From an uncultured Chloroflexia bacterium (GTDB lineage Bacteria > Chloroflexota > Anaerolineae > Anaerolineales > Anaerolineaceae): 32,000 nt of DNA. Positions 18,179-27,664 of the stretch are shown here, piece by piece (position 1 is the stretch's first letter; each line of letters starts with the position of its first letter). The translations under genes were made by a program, and so were the position numbers. Where the stretch lies: assembly GCA_963806635.1 (NCBI GenBank), contig CAWDZA010000002.1:68048-100047 (forward strand). The letters run 5' to 3'. The notes below the pieces were generated by a model that did no database searches, was not told the DNA's origin, and worked only from the letters and a program-made list of their open reading frames with translations.

Positions 18179-19744
18179 TTACTGGCTGAAAAACAAATCG
18201 AGCCCGTAATACTGGTTCATGCAGTCATTGACCCAACCTCCAGACGGACCCGAGACCATCCCGAGCGGATTCGGAACCGGTTGGATCGTGAATGAGGTCC
18301 GATCCTCCGACCTGGCAGTAAGAATCGCGCTATCCTGACGATCCCAATCCCTGGCAAACGTGCGGAAAGCATCCAACCTGGAAAAGGCACCACTGGTCAG
18401 GTAAAGGGAGTTTGTAACTAAAAGAACCATCCAAAGAGCGACCAGAACTCCTGTAATCCCGGAAAATGCATTTGGGGGGGATTTGAGATCCCGCGATGTT
18501 GCAACGGCATTCGATTCGCGGGACAACCTAAGCTCTGCGAGCCACCCCAGGGTAAAGCCCCAGCCGCCGCATCCCAGAACCAGGATGTAGGCAGGGATGA
18601 TCTCAGTGCGCCCAGGCGGGGCTTGCGACAGTGTCAGTGCTGCAGGAATGAAACAAAAATAAATAAGGAGAAACGTATACAGGGGGACATGGATAGCTAA
18701 CGACCGGGGAAAAACCGAAAGAGTGTTATCACTTTTACGAAATGCTGGCAGGATCAATGCGGATAGCAAAAACCCAGTCACAAATACCAGAACGCAGTTG
18801 AGGAGGTTTATTTCTTGGGAGATGATTTTGCCTAAAAATCCGACCATGGCAGTCAGGGAAATTCTGATCACCGCGATGAGATTGCCCTGCTGAGCGAGCT
18901 GCGCCTGGCGGATCTGGTTGCCGGGGGCCAGAGCCATTATGAGCAGCCCCGCGAACGTCCCCGCGATACATGCAGATATGAGTAAAACCCAAACACGTTT
19001 TTTCCCGGGATCCCCAAACCGCAGGATATTTCCAAACAGGAGCAAGAGGAATAGAAGATACACGAACGAAAAGGTTTCACTGAATCCCCCTCCGATCAGG
19101 GCAAGGAACCCAAGGAATACTACCCACCAACGGGATACATCCCAAAGACGTGAGAGGGTGATCACCAGCGCCAACTGGAGGGTGGCAAGGATCAAAGGCG
19201 GGAGGACGGAACGCATTCCCTGCCCCCAGTAGAGCGATTGGCCCAAATCAGGGGTGATTTGCAGCGTGGCTGCCAGGATCACAGCCGCGGCGGTTAAGGA
19301 TGCCAATAACCTTGTGAATCGACCGCTAAAACGGATGATCCGGGTGAGCAGCCACAAAAGCGCCACCAGCCATACAATCACGACGCTCAGTGTCGATATC
19401 CGGGTTGCATTTAGACCGAATCGACCCGTTATGGCATCCAAGAAGCTGGCTGCAAAACGCCCCGACCAGGTGAGATACCAGTAGCCAACTGCGCGAACGA
19501 CCCCCACCGAATTGACGATGGCTGCCGAACAGAAATCGTCGGCGATTAAGCGCATATGGGTGCCAAGAGCCGCGTGGGCTGCGAGGGGTAAAACGGAGAT
19601 CATTGAGGTTATCCCCAGGAGGATGGCACCTCTCCAGCCAAAATCCTCTCCCACGCGAATTGGCGTTTCAGCGGATCGAGAGGGGGATGGCTCCTCTAGG
19701 CCAGAGCCCGATCCAGGCAGTCCCTCCTTGGTTGGCTGAATCAT
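18179..19744 (-). CDS. polytopic membrane protein, putative GT-C-type glycosyltransferase (function inferred)
   Basis: 521 aa with 10 or more hydrophobic segments. An acidic motif 'RLIADDFCS...WSGRF' sits in the first loop after TM1, resembling 'GFYADDWIM' in the GT-C-like gene at 22698..24784. The C-terminus is a soluble tail of about 60 aa. Confidence 0.6.
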   Translation of the reverse strand: MIQPTKEGLPGSGSGLEEPSPSRSAETPIRVGEDFGWRGAILLGITSMISVLPLAAHAALGTHMRLIADDFCSAAIVNSVGVVRAVGYWYLTWSGRFAASFLDAITGRFGLNATRISTLSVVIVWLVALLWLLTRIIRFSGRFTRLLASLTAAAVILAATLQITPDLGQSLYWGQGMRSVLPPLILATLQLALVITLSRLWDVSRWWVVFLGFLALIGGGFSETFSFVYLLFLLLLFGNILRFGDPGKKRVWVLLISACIAGTFAGLLIMALAPGNQIRQAQLAQQGNLIAVIRISLTAMVGFLGKIISQEINLLNCVLVFVTGFLLSALILPAFRKSDNTLSVFPRSLAIHVPLYTFLLIYFCFIPAALTLSQAPPGRTEIIPAYILVLGCGGWGFTLGWLAELRLSRESNAVATSRDLKSPPNAFSGITGVLVALWMVLLVTNSLYLTSGAFSRLDAFRTFARDWDRQDSAILTARSEDRTSFTIQPVPNPLGMVSGPSGGWVNDCMNQYYGLDLFFSQ

Positions 19745-19784
19745 CGATCTCGTGTTGAGGAAGTGACTGAAGATCAGGTAGGTG

Positions 19785-20507
19785 TTAAAGATTCAACAGG
19801 ACATAAAAGCATGTGAACCAGGTTGCGAGAACTCCGGGAACTTGCTGTGAGGGCGGGGTGGTGAAACTTTGGCGGATGGGCACCAACCCTTTCGAAGGAC
19901 TCGGAATTTTGCTTTCATGAGTGGTGCCATCCCAGCGAATAACCACATCTTCCAGGCGGGAATCCCCGGTAAAAAAGAGCTCAGCCAGGCTGCCAGTTTT
20001 GCCCATCCAACGCAATGCGCCTGCACCGGGCCCCTGAAATAGCATGCCTTTACCCGAGGTCTGCCAATTGCCTTCCAATTGGAACTGTTTGAACCCCACA
20101 TCTCCTAGGCTGGTTGTGAACCAGTTCAGGGTGATCTCGCGGCCTGCAATTTCACCCCCACTTGAAGCGGGGATGGAAATTACCAGGGTGTGAGTTTCGA
20201 GAAGGCGAATCGGGGTTGGTGGCTTTGCCACAAGGACGAGCACATATCCACAAAGCGCAGAGATTAGCAGGAGCAGGCTGGAGAGCCATCGCGGCTGAAG
20301 ACGGAAGCGGGGCAGCAGAAAATGCCCCACCACAAGGTAATTAACCGGACACAGGACCACCCATAGAATAACTGCAAAAATCAATTCCCGCTTGCTGACC
20401 GCAGGGGTCTGGATGAAGTAGAGGTACGCGCTAAAGGTTATCGCCAGGCTGATCAACGCGGCCAGGATGCCCAGACCGATTCGCTCTGGAGATAGACGAA
20501 TTTTCAT
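19785..20507 (-). CDS. membrane protein: 3 TM + ~110-aa beta-rich extracytoplasmic domain + C-terminal TM; paralog of the N-terminus of the upstream 720-aa protein
   Basis: 240 aa. Its ATG overlaps the upstream stop (ATGA, 20504-20507). It aligns by eye with residues ~30-250 of ORF 20504..22666, for example 'FIQTPAVSKRELIFAVILWVVLCPVNYLVVGHFLLPRF' vs 'AFQTPLFARREYAFALLLWFLLIPLVYVLLTRFLHPRL'. Confidence 0.65.
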   Translation of the reverse strand: MKIRLSPERIGLGILAALISLAITFSAYLYFIQTPAVSKRELIFAVILWVVLCPVNYLVVGHFLLPRFRLQPRWLSSLLLLISALCGYVLVLVAKPPTPIRLLETHTLVISIPASSGGEIAGREITLNWFTTSLGDVGFKQFQLEGNWQTSGKGMLFQGPGAGALRWMGKTGSLAELFFTGDSRLEDVVIRWDGTTHESKIPSPSKGLVPIRQSFTTPPSQQVPGVLATWFTCFYVLLNL

Positions 20508-22666
20508 TTTTCTGCCCCGGTCTCCTTCCCAGAGTGGTTGTGACCAAAATGGGCAGCAGGGTCGCGGGGAAAAGTGAAAGAGAGGATCAATAACCCCAGG
20601 CTGAATAGACCCACGAGATAAACCCCATATTGATAGCGGAAATCACGCGAGACGTTGATGAATAGCATCACCGCCGATTGCACAGCGGCAGGCAGGAAAA
20701 ATAGAAGAAATCGCGGCTGCCTGGCGCGGTATGCCATCATAGAAGAACAGAACAACCCCAGGTATAAGAATAACGCAGGAGTGAAGAACAGCACGTCCCA
20801 GGGTTTCCGAGAGGCGAAGTCCTTAAGCTTCGCCAGCGGGACGATCCAGGCAGAGAGCAAGCTGTTCTCTTTCAACCCTAGATCATTTGGCTCGATCCAG
20901 GAAACAGTTGCAGCTTCTGTTTTTTCCTGGTTGAGCATACAGTGGTTGGGCACCTCCCACACGAGCGAACTGACGCATACCAGGTGCTGAAGCTCCACTC
21001 CCGGCTCTTTCACAGCCAGATCTGCGAACAAACTCTGTATATCGGCAGCTTTTTCTGTGAAACGCGGCTCGGAGTAGGCTGGCTGGGTCCAGATGGGGAT
21101 ATTGGTACAGCAATCGTAGCTCCATTGATCCAGAGGCAGTATTCCGGATGCCAGGTCTGATTCGGCTGGCGTGAGCGGGCTGCCGGTGGCGATGTGCGCA
21201 GCGATGTGATGGATGAAAACCTGCTGTTTGAAGCCTGCGTTGCGATCCACCTTTAGAAGAGTATAGATCGGTCCCTGAATTAGCAGCCACGTACCTGCAA
21301 TCACACCCACACTGAGCAACACTCTTTTCCATTGATTTCGATAAACGATAGCCAGGACGATCAGGCTCAGAATTGGGACTGGAAGCCCGTTCAACCGGAA
21401 AAGGCTGATGCCCAGACCAACGAGTGTCAGCCAGAGCCAGGAAAAACGCTCACCCAGCCAGGTACCCTTGCTGAAGATGGCTTTCAGGATCATCAGCGAG
21501 AGCAGAAGAAGGCAGATGGAATAGGGGATATCCTTCCAGAGAGAGACAACCATATTCCCATTTACTGGTGAGAGGGCAAATACGAGCGCCAGCCCCCAGC
21601 CAGCCCAGCGCGGCAATCCCTGATCTTCCAGGAGATGGATGCCCCAGGCGACTGTCAGGGCGAGCGCAATGATTTGGAATACGATCACGACCGCAGGAGA
21701 AAACCATAGCCGGGTGAGCAGGATTACCAACAGGGTGTGAACCACCGGGAGCGCGTCGTTGAACTGCCCGCTGATCACCTGCCCCCATTGGCGGATCGAA
21801 TCGGGGGTCATGACGGCTGGGAAAAAGGTAAGCAAGTAGATACCCCACACGGCGATCATGGGCAGGGCATAAAGCAGCCAGAAGCCTTTCTTTGGTTGAA
21901 GTACTGGAGCGGGTTTGATCTGGACACCAGCGAGGAAAATGGTCAGCACCAGGAACAGGAAACCGGCAGTGAGAACAGCCATTAAATTGCTGAAGAGTGT
22001 GCTCATCCAGCTTCCCGGGAACCGGGAGGATGCGATCACCGGTGCGCCAGGCGATTCTGCGGGGTTCAGCGCAGCCAGGTTCCCATCCCAGCCTGCCTGG
22101 ACTTCCGCAATGCCTGGCGAATTGGAAAAAACGAGCGTGGCTGTTTCCCCCGAACGGCCGCTCCAGGTAAGCGAAGCGGGTTCCCCGCCTGTGTGGGTGA
22201 ACCCTGTTTTGGTTCGTTGCCAATCTCCCTTTTGCAAAAATTCTCCGAAACCGATATCGCGCAGGGAGGTCTTCGCGTACTCGAGCGTGACAGCCCGATC
22301 CGCGCTTCCCCCTGGGAGATTTATTTGTAAATGGTGAACCGGCAGCAGGAGAATCGCCTGGGGGGGATGGGTGACCAGGGCGAAAAGGATGCCGACGCCT
22401 GCAGATAAGAGGATCCAATTACGCCTGGCTTTGGGTGAGTATCTGAGGAGACGGGGGTGCAAAAATCGCGTGAGCAAGACATAAACAAGCGGTATTAATA
22501 AGAACCAAAGGAGCAGGGCAAAGGCATATTCGCGCCTGGCGAAAAGGGGAGTTTGAAAAGCCCAAAGATAACCGCTGATTGCCATGCAAAAACCGAGGCT
22601 TACAGCGATCCCCCAATAAAGGAGGTTGTGTTTGTTTTGTAAAGGGATTTGTGCGGATAAATTCAT
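20504..22666 (-). CDS. fusion membrane protein: N-terminal 3TM+beta-domain module joined to a large polytopic (GT-C-like) domain
   Basis: 720 aa. The N-terminal ~215 aa are paralogous to ORF 19785..20507. About 500 aa with many TM segments follow, including a loop motif 'FFPAVMTPDSIRQWGQVISGQFNDALPVVHT' and a soluble insert of about 130 aa. No family is assigned with confidence. Confidence 0.65.
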   Translation of the reverse strand: MNLSAQIPLQNKHNLLYWGIAVSLGFCMAISGYLWAFQTPLFARREYAFALLLWFLLIPLVYVLLTRFLHPRLLRYSPKARRNWILLSAGVGILFALVTHPPQAILLLPVHHLQINLPGGSADRAVTLEYAKTSLRDIGFGEFLQKGDWQRTKTGFTHTGGEPASLTWSGRSGETATLVFSNSPGIAEVQAGWDGNLAALNPAESPGAPVIASSRFPGSWMSTLFSNLMAVLTAGFLFLVLTIFLAGVQIKPAPVLQPKKGFWLLYALPMIAVWGIYLLTFFPAVMTPDSIRQWGQVISGQFNDALPVVHTLLVILLTRLWFSPAVVIVFQIIALALTVAWGIHLLEDQGLPRWAGWGLALVFALSPVNGNMVVSLWKDIPYSICLLLLSLMILKAIFSKGTWLGERFSWLWLTLVGLGISLFRLNGLPVPILSLIVLAIVYRNQWKRVLLSVGVIAGTWLLIQGPIYTLLKVDRNAGFKQQVFIHHIAAHIATGSPLTPAESDLASGILPLDQWSYDCCTNIPIWTQPAYSEPRFTEKAADIQSLFADLAVKEPGVELQHLVCVSSLVWEVPNHCMLNQEKTEAATVSWIEPNDLGLKENSLLSAWIVPLAKLKDFASRKPWDVLFFTPALFLYLGLFCSSMMAYRARQPRFLLFFLPAAVQSAVMLFINVSRDFRYQYGVYLVGLFSLGLLILSFTFPRDPAAHFGHNHSGKETGAEK

Positions 22667-22697
22667 TCAGATTATGTCGGGACTATGTTTGCGAGGT

Positions 22698-24784
22698 TCA
22701 AGGGTTTCCGGTCAACCGTGAGATCATATTTCTGAACTCTGACTTTCCGGCAGATTCAGGGGTGTTTATCTCAATGAATTCCCAGGTGCTTTCCATTAAC
22801 TTAAAATTCGGAGTGTCATCCCTGGCGATACGTAACTTCACAGCCCTATTCATAAGCTCGGTTGCTTTTTGCCACTCCCCGCCCAGGGCGTACGCCAGGA
22901 TGAAGGGCATAAGTTCGGTATCCAGCGAGGTGATAAACCCCTGCCGGAAGATCGCCTTATCTCCCAGCTCCCTCACAGACTGCCAGTCCTGGGTTTGACG
23001 GGCAAGATCGGCCTTCTCGTAATAATAACACCAGCCTCTTTCCGGTCCGGCTCCCAAGTGGATGGCTGACGGGTCGATCGGGTTCTCGGCGTTCCCAGGG
23101 AGGATCGGTTTTAGGCTGGCGAATGGAAGCCAATTCTCCGCCCTGGAGTCCATCGATGGAAATTCCGCCGAGAAATCGGGGTTATACACCTGGGGGCAGT
23201 TCTTCCCGTTGTAATTTAAAAAGATCGTTTTCGATAAGTCGGGTTTGAAATGTGCTGCGATCAAACCCATATCGTCCCTGCCTCTGGATTGATAATCCTC
23301 CAATTGCGACGCGAGCATGATCAGGTAGGGGAAATTGTTGGAGGTGAGATCGGGCGCATACAAGCCAGTTGAAAATATACGACCAGGCAGTGGCCCCATC
23401 CCCGGTGGGCATGTCGTTGGTAAGGATCATGGTGCCCGGTTCCAGACTGGGGATACGGTAGGTAAGATTCCAGAAGAAATTGTTGCGCCTCACGTCCACC
23501 GCCCGTAGCTCGTTGGAGGAAATGAACTGGAGCCCGGCGCTGAGTCCAACCACCGCGCTCAGCACAAGGATCTGTATCCAATAGCGCTTCAGCAATACCT
23601 CGATCAAAAAGGCGACCCACAGGCAGGAGACAAGCAGGAAGGGCAAAAGGTAGCGGGTTTCATACCCGCCCACGCCAGCCGCCAGCCCGACGACAATAAA
23701 TGGGATGCCCCCCAGCAGCCAGGGTACTACGCTCAATCCCATCAGTTGAATTGCAAGTGTCTTGTTCTTCTGATCCGCGGGTGGTTTTGGCAGGTGGTAG
23801 GCGCGCAGCACCAGGAAGGTGATCCCCCCCGTGATGAGCACAACCGATAAATAGACAATCGAGGAAAGCGAGCCCCAATTAATGCGTTCCCAGGTAACCG
23901 AAACGATCTGGGTCCAGGCGCGTACCATCCCCATCCAGAAATACTAATGCGGTCTGCCTGATAAGCAGGAGAATCCCCGCGAACCAATTCTCCCGTAAGG
24001 TGGAAAGCAGGCTGAGTGAGTGGTTGTAGGTCTGGTAGGGGAAAAGGAAAACCCGCCAATATAGTACTGCGCAAAAAGCGATAAAAAATGGCAGGAAATG
24101 AAGAGTGGTTTTTCGAAGCTTCTGTTTGACTGTCAGATCGGTCTCGGAGAGCACAATCCAAATCACAAACGGACGCATCAGTTCCATAAAGAGGAAGTAT
24201 TCCATCGCCAGCATGTTGTAAATGCTGAGCCCGAGCGCCAGGAGATAAAACAGCCAGAATCGTTTCGGATGTCGCAGAGAAAGAACCGTGAAGGTGAGCG
24301 AGAGCAGGAAGATCGCCAGGATGATGTTGCGGTGACCCGTGGTGAGCGCCACGCCGTGCGAGAGATACCCCGGGAAAACCGCGATCAGGATGCTGGCAAA
24401 CACCGCCAGGCGCACGCGCCTTGGCCACAGGTTTTTTACCAACCACCAGCCAGAGAGACTGGTGAGCCAGGGAGCCAGCACCGCAAAGAGCTGCCAGCGC
24501 CAGGGATCGGGTCCCAGCAGGGGCAACAGCACCTGATACAGCGGTGCCAGAAAGGGGCGGTTGGTAACGTGATAATAATTGACCCCCCACGCACCCAGCT
24601 TCTGGTAGATCCAGAGCATGATCCAATCGTCAGCGTAGAACCCGAGCCAGGGGAGCAGAACGCCATAGGCAAGGAAACAAAGCAGCAGGAGGAAAAAGGG
24701 ATGGAACAGCGGATGAGTTGTTACCCTGGTGTACCATCTCCGATTTTCGCCGGCGGTTTCCACCGTTGTGATTTGCTCTGGCAT
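22698..24784 (-). pseudogene. GT-C-type membrane glycosyltransferase-like protein with C-terminal helical-repeat domain; two frame breaks (~23880-23945 and ~23350-23400)
   Basis: Three consecutive ORFs (23879..24784, 23182..23934, 22698..23399) read as one protein. It has an N-terminal 'LPWLGFYADDWIMLWIYQ' acidic loop after TM1 and many TM helices. The tail is soluble ('WCYYYEKADLARQTQDWQSVRELGDKA...ILAYALGGEWQKATELMNRAV'). The continuations across both junctions are hydrophobic and collinear. Confidence 0.7.
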
Positions 24785-24852
24785 GCAGCTCCTGAGAACC
24801 TATCGATTACGATTAATTTCCTGACCTAAAACCTTTCCGGATTCCCGTTGGA

Positions 24853-24860
24853 ATTTTACC
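24853..24860 (-). promoter_or_regulatory. candidate -10 (GGTAAAAT) for the GT-C gene cluster
   Basis: The minus strand reads AAGGTAAAATTCC, about 68 nt upstream of the ATG at 24784, in the divergent intergenic region. Confidence 0.3.
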
Positions 24861-24896
24861 TTATTCGGGGGCAAGCGCCTTCTTTAGAGCGTCGAA

Positions 24897-24902
24897 TAAA
24901 AT
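24897..24902 (+). promoter_or_regulatory. candidate -10 (TAAAAT) for the GT87 gene
   Basis: The plus strand reads TAAAAT, 54 nt upstream of the ATG at 24956. It lies within the right arm of a 9-bp inverted repeat. Confidence 0.25.
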
Positions 24903-24955
24903 AAGGTATCATTCTAGATGAAGAGTTCCTTATCTCTCAAACCTGGGTCACGTTT

Positions 24956-26224
24956 ATGACCGAATCTGTCCATCCGGAAACTAAAACCAAATCCTCTGCG
25001 CTCGATCCGTTCTGGCTCGTCTTAGGCGCTTACCTTTTTACTTTCATCTGGTTCTTCATCCGCAGCGTTTTCTTCAACCCCAACCAGGTGATGATGGTTT
25101 TTGAGACCGTTCGGCGACTGGACCCGATCGGCTACGACCTGATGATGATGCTCAGCCATGCCTCCGCCTGGCTAAATCACACGATCTCTCCATACGCTTC
25201 GTTCAATAATTTCCCGCCTCTCGCCACCCTGCTCTTCACCCCGCTCACCATGGTACCCATCCAAAGAGCATATGCGATCATCACCTTCATCACTCTGGCG
25301 AGCTTCTTCTGGATCGGTTTCCTCTTTCCTTATTTTTCCAACAAACCCCGCGAGGTGAAGCCGGTACTTGTGCTTGTGTTCATCACCGCGCTTACATCGT
25401 ATGGAATGCAATTCGAGATCGAACGCGGGCAGTTCTATTCCATCGCCTTCGCGCTGGCTTTCGCGGGCATCTACCTCTTCCACCGCTACCCGAAGCTCTC
25501 CTGGCTGGCGTATATCCTCTTCACGCTGGCAATTCAGATCAAGATATTCCCCGCCTTCCTGATCTTCCTATTCATCCGGGATTGGCGGGACTGGCGCGGA
25601 AACCTGATCCGCATTCTTGGCCTGGGGGCGGCGAACTTTGCGCTGTTCTTCGTGCTGGGTTGGACCCGGTTCCTGGAATTTGTGAACATCCTGGTGGCGA
25701 TGGTGGATGACTCGGGCATTTGGGTGGGCAATCTCTCGGTAAAGTCCTTTGCCTACTACCAAATGCCGATCCTATTGAAACGCATCAATTTGGGTGATTT
25801 AAACGCTGCCGGCATGGTTGAAGGAGTTTTGATGGCGCTGGTGTTGATCCTGCTGATGTTGGGGATCTTCCAGGCGTATCGGCGCAACCGGTGGGGGATC
25901 GACCCTTATTTGCTCTTCATTTGCACCTGCGCCGCGATGGTCATTCCACAGATCAGCCACGATTACAAACTTCCCGTTCTGGCTGGTCCCGCTGCCATAC
26001 TGCTCATGACCCTCAAACTTTCAAAAAAGGACTCCAAAGCACGAATCATCCTCATGTCGGCGGGGATTGCGGTGTTTTCTCTGGCGTATTTTTCCACCCA
26101 GTATTCCTATGTGATGAAATCGCCCCTAATTGCGAACAACTTCCTGGCCGTTTTCCTAATGATGGTTCTGGGGGTTATTTTCGCCTTCACCGAGCAGGCG
26201 GATGGAAACGATCCGGCAGGTTAA
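24956..26224 (+). CDS. GT87/DUF2029-family polyprenol-phosphate-sugar-dependent glycosyltransferase (PimE-like)
   Basis: 422 aa, polytopic. The first loop 'DPIGYDLMMMLSHASAWLNHTISPYASFNNFPPLATLLFTPL' fits the DUF2029/GT87 pattern (D...Y...PY...YPP). 'ERGQFYSIAFALAFAG' fits its GQxN-like segment. Confidence 0.6.
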   Translation: MTESVHPETKTKSSALDPFWLVLGAYLFTFIWFFIRSVFFNPNQVMMVFETVRRLDPIGYDLMMMLSHASAWLNHTISPYASFNNFPPLATLLFTPLTMVPIQRAYAIITFITLASFFWIGFLFPYFSNKPREVKPVLVLVFITALTSYGMQFEIERGQFYSIAFALAFAGIYLFHRYPKLSWLAYILFTLAIQIKIFPAFLIFLFIRDWRDWRGNLIRILGLGAANFALFFVLGWTRFLEFVNILVAMVDDSGIWVGNLSVKSFAYYQMPILLKRINLGDLNAAGMVEGVLMALVLILLMLGIFQAYRRNRWGIDPYLLFICTCAAMVIPQISHDYKLPVLAGPAAILLMTLKLSKKDSKARIILMSAGIAVFSLAYFSTQYSYVMKSPLIANNFLAVFLMMVLGVIFAFTEQADGNDPAG

Positions 26225-26233
26225 GTCCAGCCT

Positions 26234-27664
26234 TTACACGAACTTGATCTTGCCCATGGCGAAGAAGACCATTTTGAGCAGCATCCAGCCATGCTTCCAG
26301 CGCTGAATATTGGTCGTCCCATACACCCGTTCCTGGTAGCGGATGGGCAGATCCACGATCTTCAACCCCAGTTTGTCAGCTCCGAGGAGCAAATCAAAAT
26401 CACCGAAGGGATCGAACTCCCCAAAATAACCCCGGTTTGCCGCGATCCGTTCGTAGTCTGCTTTCCAAAGCACCTTCGTGCCGCAAAGGGTATCCTTAAT
26501 CGGTTGACCCAACGTCCAGCGGAAAACCAGGCTGAAGGCTTTGTTGCCCAGCAGGTTGAGGGGGCGCATGGCGCCGCCTTCCATCGGATAAACCAGGCGC
26601 ACCCCATTGATAAAATCGCCTTTTCCGCTCGCGATGGCTTCATAGAAAGCCGGTAGATCTTCCGGTGCCACAGTCAGGTCTGCATCCAGTATCATCAGAA
26701 TATCGCCCGAAGCGCGCGCGAACCCCTCCCGGACAGCGTCCCCCTTCCCCGTTCCCGTTTGCCTGAAAAGGGATGCCTTGCATACCGGGTTCGAGAGGAT
26801 CGCATCTTCGATCGCTTTGTAAGTATCATCCTTTGAGTGACCTTCCACGAAGATCAGCTCTGTTCCGCCCCCCATTTCCGGCACTCTTCGGAAAATATCC
26901 GCGATGTTTCCGGCTTCATTCCGGGCGGGGACGATCACGCTGACCCTGGGAAGTGGTTTGCGAGCGGATGGCTGGGGCAATGGTCTGGCCATGATGATAT
27001 TGGTGAGAGCAAAGTAATGAAAGGGCCAGATCTTGACCAGGAATTTATTGAAAAATGAATTGAGCAGCGGGATTGGTAAGGGAAAAAGGATCTCGTGCCA
27101 GTGGCGCAGAGATTCGAAACCTTCGAGGGAAAGCAGGTTGCGGATATCGTCCGGGGTCAGCCAGTTCTGGGGTAAATTGGGCCTGGCCAGACCCACGACG
27201 GCAGCAAGGGAAAGGATGGGGGACCACATCCGGCTGTAGAAATTGATGATAATGCGGGTTTTGGGGTTGCAGCAGCCCCGCAAGGCGCCAAGTACCTGCT
27301 GCACGTTCCACAGGTCGTTGACCAGGTCCGAAAGGATAACGTAATCAAAAGTACCATCCCCTTCGAACTGGTGCGCGTCCATTTCCAGGAATTCCAGCTC
27401 GGGGTGATTTTGCCGGGCGATGGCGATCATTTCCGGGCTAAAATCCACGCCAAGCCCGCGCGCAGGCTTGAGGCTGGCGAGAAGATCGCCTCCCCCGCAG
27501 CCGAGCTCCAGGACAGACGCACCTTCGGGAATGAGGAAGCGGAGGAATTCCGCCAGACGGCGGTGATAGGCTTTTCCAGCCGACCAGCGCTTTGTATCGC
27601 GGGCGATGTTGTTCCAGTGCTCCACCCGCCCGCGGGTGTAAAGTTCCTGTTTTGCCTGGGTCAC
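26234..27664 (-). CDS. bifunctional class I SAM-dependent methyltransferase / GT2 glycosyltransferase (DPM1/GtrB-like catalytic domain)
   Basis: 476 aa. The N-terminal methyltransferase has 'VLELGCGGGDLL'. The C-terminal GT2 has 'VSVIVPARNEAGNI', 'VEGHSKDDT' and 'LMILDADLT'. Its GTG start overlaps the plsC stop (GTGA, 27661-27664). Confidence 0.8.
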   Translation of the reverse strand: MTQAKQELYTRGRVEHWNNIARDTKRWSAGKAYHRRLAEFLRFLIPEGASVLELGCGGGDLLASLKPARGLGVDFSPEMIAIARQNHPELEFLEMDAHQFEGDGTFDYVILSDLVNDLWNVQQVLGALRGCCNPKTRIIINFYSRMWSPILSLAAVVGLARPNLPQNWLTPDDIRNLLSLEGFESLRHWHEILFPLPIPLLNSFFNKFLVKIWPFHYFALTNIIMARPLPQPSARKPLPRVSVIVPARNEAGNIADIFRRVPEMGGGTELIFVEGHSKDDTYKAIEDAILSNPVCKASLFRQTGTGKGDAVREGFARASGDILMILDADLTVAPEDLPAFYEAIASGKGDFINGVRLVYPMEGGAMRPLNLLGNKAFSLVFRWTLGQPIKDTLCGTKVLWKADYERIAANRGYFGEFDPFGDFDLLLGADKLGLKIVDLPIRYQERVYGTTNIQRWKHGWMLLKMVFFAMGKIKFV

